A stretch of DNA of 42,999 bases, from assembly GCA_002633005.1 (NCBI GenBank), contig NMRA01000030.1, forward strand, positions 1,090,237 through 1,133,235, read 5' to 3'. Under the pieces are notes generated by a model. The model did no database searches. It worked only from the letters and a program-made list of their open reading frames with translations, and had not been told where the DNA came from. Position numbers and translations under genes: made by a program. This document shows, one piece after another, positions 11,400 to 22,370 of the stretch (its first letter is position 1; every line of letters starts with the position of its first letter). Source of the stretch: Phoronis australis. Its lineage: Eukaryota > Animalia > Phoronida.

Positions 11400-12760
11400 T
11401 GCAACGGGTCAGAATTGAAGATCTTAGCCCACGGCAGCCGCTTATACTGGTCCTGTAGTCCATACGGTTGACCATCCTAAGCTCCTAACTTTCCCTTCCA
11501 ATCCAGGGATTAACACCAGCATTGTCTGACCAACGCAGAAGTGCCTGTTTTAACCCTCGTGTCACAGTAAGCCGGGATCAGTTGGGCATGGGCGCTTAAT
11601 AAGCTTTTCCTAACCAGCTCACACGTATCTTCCGAGAATCGCATCTCGGATACATGCTGTTAAGTATTTAGGACCGTTGTTCTCCAATTCAGAGCATTTT
11701 CTTGATTTGCATAGAGCCTCTCACTGTTTTGCCGTAAAACAGATCGAAGAATAAAACCACATGCTGAACTGCGGGCCTTCCCGGCTAAAGGACAACACGG
11801 TCGGTAACTATCGGTGCCAAGTTCTTGGGATACATTTCTTCTACAAGAGTTTCGATACCCTGTCGATTCTCCAACAAAGCTCTTACAGCTAGAGTTGTGA
11901 AGCGTCGTATTCAGCCATTGAGTGATCAGAAGCGTAATGACCTCTTTCGTGAAACCTTTACGCCACAGTCATCGCGGATGTTACGTGGAAACCATACTCT
12001 TCTGAAGGCACGCTTTGACTGTATATTCGGAATTGCCTCTGTCTCGGAGTACCTGACAGCAAAATTTACTGCAGTGACGATACGTGTATACATATGCTAT
12101 GGAGCTATCGGGGCAAATCATTTCAGTCGCTATCCGCCTGAGAGGCTCCTTCGAGAAGGACATTTCTCCCAACGGCCGCGCGCCTTGGTCATTCACTCCT
12201 TTGGGATCGTCTGGCATTTTCCACATCATCTGCAGAATCTGGTTACTTCTGACGCCATTCATGACAACTTCAACTTGTTGGTGATACGGTTATCTGCCTT
12301 CCTCACCCAAAAATGTCTTCCAATCCACATGCCTCATCATGGACTTCCGTAGCTTGCTACTGAAGTACGATATCTTGTTTCACGTTGTCACCACCTTTAT
12401 TCCTGTGCTGCCGATGGAGTAATCTTCACTTGTTTGGATGTTTGAACTTGTCTTTGGCTTGATCCCATACTATTACCGGGGTTGAATCTTGTCGCTGAGT
12501 TTGTTTGAACCGTCAGAATCCCACCTCGTGTCTGGTTGGGGAACGGGTAGCAGTTTTATGTCTATATTGATCACTCTGATTGAGCCTTGGTGGTCACTGA
12601 GGCCGCTTCTAAGCTGGATTCTTCGGGATCTTTTCCACCCAATCTTACCGCAATATTCGATCACTCTGCAGTTGAGTTCACAAGGTTTTCCTCTTCGGAT
12701 ACACCACTCACCCGAGTCACATTTGAACAGACTCCCCTAATGGTTGTTGCCTGCCCCTAT
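11400..12760 (-). mobile_element. Decayed Gypsy (Gmr1-like) LTR-retrotransposon integrase region
   Basis: Frameshifted motifs in order: AASVTTKAQ / IKLLPVP, PLGEMSFSKEPLRRIATEMICP, IVTAVNFAVRYSETEAIPNI, WHR*LPTVLSFSREGPQ, DLFYGKTVRGSMQI, RHFCVGQTMLVLIP, VNRMDY. Confidence 0.8.
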
Positions 12761-13884
12761 ATATGACAATAGTAGCTATCTGCTGTTCTCCAATACCCAG
12801 TGAGTTCAATTCGCCACTGCTCGCTTCATACACACCGCATATACTCGACTCATTCATTGAATAATTACAGAGTGTAAGTTTGTTTGATACTTTGTTCTGG
12901 AATTGGAACTTTTCACGGATTCTACAATTATTATGCACTAGGCTTCTAGAATAGTGCATGCCGTAGTTCTATAATATAAGATACAAGAATCAGGCAAAAT
13001 ATATGTACAGTTTCCCGTTGTAAAGGATAATAGGTCACAAACAAAAGGGAATCAATGAGAACGGATGAGGCACTTACTAATTTTCCCGATAATTCCGCTT
13101 CAGTCTGGGTCATAAGGGAAAATTGATCTGACCATGAACTAGTGCTCAGTCGTCATGACTGGGATTTCCGAATCATTTTGTCTGAATACCTTTGGTGTGC
13201 AACCTACACCTGTATATAATTCACTTATTTGCCAGAACCTGCTAAAACGTTTTCATGTATTCTGTTGCAGACAGTTACGTAGTGCAGTAGGTTACTGAAC
13301 AATACCATCAAGGATAGACTGTTTTTCTTTAGTTGGGCAGCCACGCCACGTTGCCACCAATTTCCATCACCTTTTAGCTCTTGCTTGACTAGAGTCACGG
13401 TGGTTCTGCAACTCATTGACTTCAAAAAGTTTGCTTTAGTGAGTGGCGCTGCCCATCTAAACTGCTGCTACTTGGATCTTCTGCTGTTATTGTTTTTCAT
13501 TTTCAGGACCGAAAATCCAAGCTGCAAAACTCGGCAATGTCGGAACTTCTTACCACGCAAACGGATTTTCAAGGACTATTCTATTAATAACTCTCGCATT
13601 TCTAGCCACCATCTAGACCATTTATGAACTAACCAGAAACCCCCTTACTTTCATTTAAGACGAAGTTATGTAAAATACAGGGCATAATGACTGGGAGACA
13701 TCGCCAAAAGAATTAATCCACAAGTAACAAGCATAGCAATGTTTAATGTTTGTAATTCCTTCATAGAAAATAACATGTGAACTTCATGAAACAATCAACC
13801 GTGTTTCTTTGTATTGATTAACTTTCACCGTACGTAGTAATTATAGGCGTATGTCGTGCGTAGCCTCAAAGAGTCCGTGCTACA

Positions 13885-13952
13885 AACTCGAGTGAAAATT
13901 CGAAATTGCAAGTAAAAACTCGAGATTGCAAGTAAAAACTCGAAATTTCGAG
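13885..13952. repeat. Short tandem repeat (about 20-bp unit), probably MITE subterminal
   Basis: AAAACTCGAGATTGCAAGTA-like unit about 3 times. Confidence 0.6.
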
Positions 13953-16599
13953 TTCAGACTCAATTTTTCAGCCTGAACGCTGGAGTCAGGAAGTGCAAAC
14001 GTGATTAAAAAGTAATCAACGTATACCATTGATTACTCGTGCACAAAATAATATTTATTCTCTTGAGTTCGCACAAAAGTAGAATATAAAATGACAAAAC
14101 TAATTTTAAGTTCCGTATCGAGTAAAATGGTTAGACATCGGGACCAGTCTTATTATTATGACAAAAATGCCATGAACTTGAATTTTTACAAACACCCTAA
14201 CGAGCTGTACGGTGATGTAGCTACCGAAAATTTTTAATTGGTTTATAGGCCACTCCCTTATACAGAAGAGGGGACTTTTCATGAGCAGTTTTCCTAATGG
14301 TGCATTTCCTGACAAAATTCCCTATAAATGGAGTGTGCCTTTTCCTAGACCATCCCTTGCAGAAGGATTGCTATTACACATACTTTTTCAACAAAACCAA
14401 CATTTTGTTACAAATGATATATGTAACACAGGTGGCGCTCCTACCTCTTAACGGAAAATTAGGCAGGAAGACCCGGCAGTCATTTCATCATATTCTGCAG
14501 AAGGTACTGTGGTGTTCCCCGAAACGTAAAAGGTACTTCCGGTTGAATCGCGCGTAAACTGACTCTACATCAAGTACTCGTTTTTGACTACATACAGTCT
14601 TACTGCACTGTTTCTGGCTGATTTCAGTGTTTAAAAATCATCTGCCCAGTAAACCCAACAAAAACGTTAAGTTTACAGAATTAAAATAATGAAGGCCTTA
14701 GCTTATCGACAAGTCTGTCAATTCAACCAAACAAACGCAAAAGTATACTACTCTAGTAATGTTTTTTTTTCAAATCAGAAGCTTGAAGAATTTTTCAATT
14801 AAATTTTTTCCTTATTTGCCGTTGATTGGGTCACCTGGCAAAAATGACACGTCAAACTAGCAAAAAGTAAAAGTAAAATGACAAAATTTCGTTCGCCATC
14901 AATGCTCAAACCTCAAAAAATGCTGTTACATTTTCCTAAAATATCATTTCATACAGCTTTTCAGTCATTTTTAAATGCCTCAAAAGGCCTGTTTTGATAT
15001 CCGCCATGAGGTCAATAGGAGGTTTTTGAAAACAGTTCAAAGCATATGAATCTCACCACCTGCATTTGAGTTACCATGCTTCGACGTTAGCCATATTTGG
15101 AAATTTGTCTAGGGTTTAATATAACAACGACCTTGACCCCTACAATTGTTTCTGGAACACACATCTAAGAAAGGGTATGGAGGCTACTTTACAAATGACT
15201 CTTATGTCTTCGAGTGCACTCTCTAATTGGGCGGGAATCTTCAATTATCAACTACACGAATGACCACTGTTAAACGAGTACCCGTGGGGATGTAATTACC
15301 TTTCTCGACAGCTACATACGTCCACGACGTCGTGCTTTGTTACAATACGGTGTTTACACATTCATTTATGGTCGACATAGTCCCTTGTGATAAATAAACG
15401 TGCGCCGCAAGCTAGTCCCAGAGACGAAAAAGAAACCCCTTCTTTCGTGGTATTCAAAGTATCTACTTTAGCCAGCTTGGCCTTTCGGCCATCGAGTCAA
15501 CTTTGATGATGGCGTGTTTTGGTCTTGCGTTTCATACTGTTCCTCAAGGCCATTGTGGCCGGCGTGACACACAAGTCAAGTCAATTGACTCTGAACTCGA
15601 GCAATAGCAAACTTTCAGTTCTTTCCAAACCCAGAAATCACACAACTCGATTCCAAGTTTACAATGGTAAATGGTCTAAATCAAAAGTTGTTTTTTTGAC
15701 GGAAGGCCCCACAGGAGGGAGCTAGGGTCTTTGGACCCCCTGACCCTCCGTGGTTGTGCGCATGCAGACAATGAATCTTAGTAGCACTGGAAGAGAGATT
15801 GCCGGCAAGAAGATAAGATGAAGGTAAAACTCTCGTATAGGGTAGTTCGCCACCAATTTGCACTCGCAAAATATTTAATTCCAGGGCCAGGTTTGTGGCC
15901 AATTTTGGTGGGAGTTGCATGTAGGCTCAGGGGATTCGGTTTCTTGGCATTTTCAAACATGTTGGGAATGAAAAAGACCACTCGTTTGGTTGTAGATGCA
16001 CTTTAAGATGGCGGCCACCTGTTGCATTGTTGCATTGCTGAGTAGCAACTGAGGAATCGGCTACAATTTCAGGTTAAACTACAGCGAGACTTGCAGTTGG
16101 TTGAGAGCACTTTTAGATTGCATTTTTGGAATCTGTAAAGAAATAGCTAATAGAATTTGACTTTTGTCGTACACTCGACAGGGAAGTAGTGGTTTTGGGA
16201 TGAAAAGTGCCAATTTTGTGTATTTGCGTCATGCAATAATCAAACTTATCCAGCGGATAACTTTGGAAGCTTTATGTAACTCAGCCCTGATGTTTAGGAT
16301 GGAGCAGACAGTTTTATTATAACAATAAATCAACGAACAACGACAAAGAGAATTTTTATTGTAATTTACTTGTCTACACTTGCCTTCAGTTGGAGATATT
16401 TCAGGGTAACCACCTTGTTAGATAGTTCCATTGATTAGCTCAGTCAAAAATTTTCCCAGTGTCAAAGCATTTATTGCAAGAAAACTTACAGTCGGACAGT
16501 CAAACAAAAGGATGCGTTACCATCTTCAGCTAGAGGACGTTGTTTGAGTTTCCTAAGATGTGAAAACTTGTTGGAATTTTTTGAAACATTACAAATTCG

Positions 16600-17467
16600 C
16601 GACCTTTGTCTTTAGCTTCCTGTTCTTTTGTTTACTTCAGACGTCGATGATGGCTTCAGCGCTTGTGATATCAGTCAAATCCCTTTTAACTGCAATAACA
16701 ATCAGGTCGTCCAGTCCCTCATCATTCATACACGTTAAGCAATTTTTGTTTTTCCGAAAGTTTTCTCGTCTTTTACCACGCTAACAGGGGTGGTGAAAAG
16801 CAACCTAGCAGGTTTGCAGATTCTGTGGAAGATTTCCTTTATTTTTGAAAGCGATGTTACAAAAGCCGCTATAACCGTGTCAAGAGGTGGCTTCATTGAC
16901 GTACGCAGATTGATGAAGAGATCACCAGCTTCCTGTTTGCTTTGTCAATGCTTGCAAATTGACAAGAGTTCCTCTTCTGTATGGATTGCAAGAGGTGTTT
17001 GAAATAATTTAGTGAGTGGTTCAATATATGGAAAGCAACGTCATATATCTTGTCTGTGTACTCGCTGGCCTGCGTATAAAAAAACTGAATCATTCATCAT
17101 CGGTATGCTTCGTGGAAACCTAGAGTTCAGTTGAATCGCATTGGCCAAACCTATTTGACATACGTTTCGCCGTTTCGTCCGCAAACTCTTTCTCGGGGTG
17201 TGTGTTTAAAGATCTGGCAAATCGGATGCTGGTATCGATCTGAGGATTCATTTCTTGAGTGGAATTCTTGATTCTCTCGAACAATAAAACAGTCAAATCG
17301 ATTAGTCTCAATGAATCCAGGGTATTTAAAAATTCTTCCTTCCGTAGCTCTGTCTTCATGATCACACGCAGGAACTCAAAAGCAAAGATGAAATTGTATT
17401 TCAGCACTTTTCTCATCAGGGAAGTAGCTCTTGCTTGAGTTGCGCTATCTATGTTCTCCTATACCTG
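16600..17467 (-). pseudogene. hAT transposase relic, C-terminal part incl. dimerisation domain
   Basis: ARATSLMRKVLKYNFIFAFEFL...; RLLFTTPVSVVKDEKTFGK / MNDEGLDDLIVIAVKRDLTD resemble the hATC motif (PV+.A..ER.FS.LK ... M...RL..L); stops and frameshifts present. Confidence 0.8.
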
Positions 17468-19280
17468 CAGTGGCGGATCTACGGGGGGGTTCAGGGGGTT
17501 TAAACCCCCCCTCGGGCCAGGACCCAAAAATTAAAAAAAAACAAAAGCGTCTCCAGCAAACCAAAAACGGCACCGCCAGCGTGTGTAAACCCCAAGTAAA
17601 CCAACTTGGAAAAAATTGAGGGGGNNNNNNNNNNNNNNNNNNNNNNNNNNNNNNNNNNNNNNNNNNNNNNNNNNNNNNNNNNNNNNNNNNNNNNNNNNNN
17701 NNNNNNNNNNNNNNNNNNNNNNNNNNNNNNNNNNNNNNNNNNNNNNNNNNNNNNNNNNNNNNNNNNNNNNNNNNNNNNNNNNNNNNNNNNNNNNNNNNNN
17801 NNNNNNNNNNNNNNNNNNNNNNNNNNNNNNNNNNNNNNNNNNNNNNNNNNNNNNNNNNNNNNNNNNNNNNNNNNNNNNNNNNNNNNNNNNNNNNNNNNNN
17901 NNNNNNNNNNNNNNNNNNNNNNNNNNNNNNNNNNNNNNNNNNNNNNNNNNNNNNNNNNNNNNNNNNNNNNNNNNNNNNNNNNNNNNNNNNNNNNNNNNNN
18001 NNNNNNNNNNNNNNNNNNNNNNNNNNNNNNNNNNNNNNNNNNNNNNNNNNNNNNNNNNNNNNNNNNNNNNNNNNNNNNNNNNNNNNNNNNNNNNNNNNNN
18101 NNNNNNNNNNNNNNNNNNNNNNNNNNNNNNNNNNNNNNNNNNNNNNNNNNNNNNNNNNNNNNNNNNNNNNNNNNNNNNNNNNNNNNNNNNNNNNNNNNNN
18201 NNNNNNNNNNNNNNNNNNNNNNNNNNNNNNNNNNNNNNNNNNNNNNNNNNNNNNNNNNNNNNNNNNNNNNNNNNNNNNNNNNNNNNNNNNNNNNNNNNNN
18301 NNNNNNNNNNNNNNNNNNNNNNNNNNNNNNNNNNNNNNNNNNNNNNNNNNNNNNNNNNNNNNNNNNNNNNNNNNNNNNNNNNNNNNNNNNNNNNNNNNNN
18401 NNNNNNNNNNNNNNNNNNNNNNNNNNNNNNNNNNNNNNNNNNNNNNNNNNNNGTGTACTCTTGGTCTCGTGACGGACCAGGTCAGCTTTTTGTGTACTCT
18501 CAGTGTACATCTGGTCCCTCTGCAAACTAGTCCAGTGTATCTTTTCACCACTGTGCACAGGATGTTTTGGTTTCGTGAAACTGTTTTCAGATGATTTGTT
18601 TCCTGACAGATTTGACGTTTTTCAATTGTTGTCAACGTGATTCAGTTTAATAAAGTGATACCTAATTATTTATTGTCGCTTTTAATAATAGACTATGACT
18701 TGAGAGCACCATCGTTCGCCAGTTTTTCTCGTAACGAGACAGAACACATGTTTATTTCCGGACTAACAGTACAGGTCTTCGTTCTTAAACAACTTGAGGC
18801 TGCTGTTACGCGATCATCTGATATTCAAGCTTTTACGCCCCGTCGGTGCTCCTTAATTATGCTCTTGAATATTTGGAAATTGTCTAAACCCCTGTATACA
18901 CGCCACACTTTTTCGTATACGACTTTTCGTATGCTAAAAAGGTGTGTGTAAGCAGATGTTCCAACAAAAATTTTTGCTGGTGGCGTGACTCATACCCAGA
19001 TGTGCACAATATGGTTTTACGAAACTTACGTGCCAAGTTCATGTGACGAAATCGAGAAGGGTTTTTAATTATCTTAAGAAAAACTCCAGAGACATGTTAA
19101 GTGCCAGAAACTTACCAGGGTGCATGGAAATTTCACTATTTGGCTACAAAAACAGAAAATATCTTACACGGGAGGGGAAACCCCCCTCCCGACCTCCCCA
19201 CGCTCGGCGCCACGCGCCTAAGATTCGACCTGGGCGGGAATCCTAAACCCCCCCTTGGTGAAAACGTAGATCCGCCACTG
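17468..19280. mobile_element. Non-autonomous hAT-like insertion with 5-bp TSD, nested in the hAT relic (spans the assembly gap)
   Basis: Perfect 16-bp TIR CAGTGGCGGATCTACG / CGTAGATCCGCCACTG; ACCTG at 17463-17467 and 19281-19285; G/C-run subterminal tracts. Confidence 0.8.
17625..18452. other. Assembly gap
   Basis: 828 consecutive N. Confidence 1.
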
Positions 19281-19750
19281 ACCTGAGCTGATAGTGCGTC
19301 ACGTATGGTCTCCACACAGCTTCAGTTGACTAACGAGTTCATTAGATAGGTTTCGGAGGGTAAGTGTGTTTTCAACAGCTTGCAATTTGCTTCTCAGTAC
19401 AGCATGTCGTTTGTCCTGGGCACGTCTGGTACAACGTGTATCAGACCGCCTGCAATTATTTTTTTTATTTTTTATGTCGTTTGCAGCTTTTTCTGAAGAA
19501 GACATACAGTACTGGCAGTAGTTCATACACGCTGGTGAACAAAGGTATCTTGCAACAGTGTTCTCTGAACGTATTGAGGCGGTGTCCTTTCCGACCAAAT
19601 TCTGCAAACATTTTTGTGACCCCTGAAATGATCCTGACGTGGAAATAGTGCGAAACTGGATACAACCAGTCCAGGCACAAACTTAACTGACACGGAGAGA
19701 ATCAATTCTATCGCACCTTCGGAAAACTCAGGGTCTTCTGGGATGGTTCC
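19281..19750 (-). pseudogene. hAT transposase relic, central part
   Basis: KRHAVLRSKLQAVENTLTLRNLS resembles the segment just before the hAT TRW motif; joins in frame to 17462 and below once the insertion and one TSD copy are removed. Confidence 0.7.
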
Positions 19751-19892
19751 AGTATATTAATTTCTTTTTCGGCAATTCCACTGCCGCTTTGCTAGAGGTT
19801 GTTTTAGAGAACCGCGGGACATTAAGATATGTTATGTGTAAATTTAAATTGCATACGACGCCGGCGATGATGAAGTGATAGCAAACCCAACA

Positions 19893-20650
19893 TTAATTAA
19901 ATAGAGAATAATATACGAGTCTCAGGTTGATGACATGGGGAAAACCTCTTGGAAATTTCGTCAAAATCGCGAGGCTTGCCGAGGGATTTTCACGAATTTT
20001 CCAAGAGGTTTTGCCCATTTCATAAACCCGACACGAATGTAGGATTTGTTTTCTCACATGAACCGTAAAAACGACATTTTTGCCGAAAAACTTGACGTGT
20101 CTAAGACTTTCAACCACATGACGCAACTTTTGTAAAAACACGTTTGCGCAATAAAAAGTAATTCTGTTACTTTTTGATAATAGTTTTATTTTAAGCTTAA
20201 CAATTATAAATTGCAAAGTTCAGCTTCCGTAACAAATATTCAAGTTAGAATCTAATAAATAGTCTTGGAAGTTGTAATATTAAAGCTTAAAAAATGTTTA
20301 TAAATAACTGTCGGCAAAATGAAGTCTTTCCCGCGCGTGAGCACTTCGTTTGACTGAACGTGGATATGGTATACGTGGCCGAAGACTGGAAGTTGTTTTC
20401 ATGTCCTTCCAACTGGGAGTACGTACAGTTGTGGCACCCGATTTGTCAATCACAACTTTGTCACCTCTTATTCCGGCATTGTTTGGTTGGCGCGCGTTTG
20501 GTTGTTTTCGTGTTTTGCAGACGATGTAAGGCGTGTGGATTTCTACTTTGCACTACTTTGTGATTCCCCATGTATATAATATCAAAAAATACGTACTTGC
20601 GGTCTTATTAACCAGTCGTGTCGTAACACATTCCAGGTCGTGACAAGGGA
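19893..20650 (+). repeat. Dispersed repeat, copy 2, with terminal hairpin; possibly Crypton-like non-autonomous element
   Basis: Similar to 10590-11190; hairpin arms 19941-19968 and 19985-20012 around GCGAGGCTTGCCGAGG. Confidence 0.75.
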
Positions 20651-21861
20651 TAAAAATTCACATGCTATTCCTGATATTCACTTATTCCAAATCCTGTTGA
20701 TTTAAGAAAGAGCATTGCTCATAACAATTATTTGACCTATGTAGATGAATATTTACATGTGAACCTCTCCTGACAGCGTTTTCCCGTTCAGTGACTTAAA
20801 CAGACGAAGGGGGTTCTGAGCGTGTGATAACATCTAGCTACTTCGTTAACTGCCAAGCACAGTTTTTTGTCTGTTATGACAACAGGCACGCCAATTATCT
20901 ACCAGGCTTATTACAGACTACGTATGAACACCATCAAACCCAGAGTCATGGTACATTCGGAAAGAATAGATTATCGTAACTTCGGTTGCAGTTGGGCGAT
21001 TTTGGCAATTCAAAAACTATACATGATCACCATTTGACGAGGATTTCAGAAATGCTATTGGCTGATGTTCAACAAACAACGTTTATTTTTAACAGCACAG
21101 CCCTGTACGTCAGGCTAGATACGATCTTATTGAAGATTAGAGCAATTATCGAACAAAAGAAAGCTGGCTCTCCAACCATGAATGCCAGAACGGAGTTTAT
21201 CAGTCGTGTAAGATATTGACTACAGGGGTAAACTTCCCAACTTGTTGGGCTATTGAATCGAACAAGTTAGGAGCAACGGGAAAACGCCGTAATGTTACAA
21301 AATTATGCATTAACTATTTTGCACCAATCGGAGTGCTGTACTAAAGTTGCACCCATTGTATGCTCGGGGAGACCAGGAGGATCAGAACTGACCAGGTCCG
21401 TGGCCATGTAATAATTTTCAAAGTGCTTAGTAATTTGAACGCTACAAATCTCGACTACTTAGTTTTTAATTTCGAGTCTTACTTGACTGGGTCCAAAATG
21501 ACGTTATTCTAAAAGCGAGATCACCGGCTAAAAAAGAGCAGTGTGTAAGTTCAGCGGGAAACTCTGAAGCAGCAATAGGAGTAACGACGTCCACAACAAA
21601 TGCATTAATTAATAATCTGGGCGAGTGGTTGCGTTAAACTGTGCGAATTCGTACGTGATGTGGATGGGCTCCTCAAAGTTTCGGAGAACACCAGTGTTAT
21701 TCTCTGGCTAGCACATGGGCATTGTCCCTGTCCACAGCGGCCACAGTATGACCAGTGTTGAGGGTGTGATCATCAGAGTCCCTGTCCACAGTATGACCAG
21801 AGTTAAGGGTGCGACCACACTGGCAGTGGAAGTGTTCCGTCAGTCTAATTCCCAGAGGTTT

Positions 21862-22217
21862 AGTTCCCCTATATAGATGAGGGTGGTGTCCTCTTTGTTT
21901 AGTACACCTATGTAGGCGTGGGAGGTGTCCTCTATGTTTTGTTCCCCTATATTGGTGTGGAAGGTGTTCTCCATGTTTTATTCCTTGATATTGGTATGGG
22001 AGATGTGCTCTATGCTTAGTTCCCCCATACAGGTGTGGGAGGTCTCCTCCATGTTTTATTCCCCTACATAGGTAAGGGAGGTGTCCTCTATGTTTTATTC
22101 CCCTATATAGGTATGGGAGGTGTCCCCTACCGGGTATGTCTAGTTTCCCTATATAGGTGTGGGAAGTGTCCTCTATGTTCAGTTCCCCTATATTGGTGTG
22201 GGAGGTGTTCTCTATGC
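21862..22217. repeat. Minisatellite, 39-bp unit, about 9 copies
   Basis: Consensus about AGTTCCCCTATATAGGTGTGGGAGGTGTCCTCTATGTTT; contiguous diverged units; a separate duplicated unit of about 50 bp lies at 21724-21820. Confidence 0.95.
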
Positions 22218-22370
22218 AAAAGCCTGAAACATCCGAATCCTACGAAACAAATGTTCCTAGTATTAAGTGAATTATATCTGCTCAACGTCACCACAAACAA
22301 CGAAAAACCTATTCTTTCGCAACTCCTAGTTTGTCTACGAAATAAGAGGAAGGGAACTAAGACTTTTTAA

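Noticed and set aside
11825-12352. 175-aa ORF on +
   Set aside because: Antisense shadow of the decayed Gypsy integrase on -; no recognisable domain.
14100-16250. Possible MITE and short ORFs with a signal-peptide-like start (15519-15725)
   Set aside because: No matching TIR pair, TSD, domain motif or coherent splice structure could be established.
17445-18635. Long ORFs (288-396 aa) in the ORF track
   Set aside because: Artefacts of translating the N gap.
21862-22217. CRISPR-like array
   Set aside because: Units are contiguous diverged copies with no unique spacers; the context is eukaryotic and there are no cas genes.
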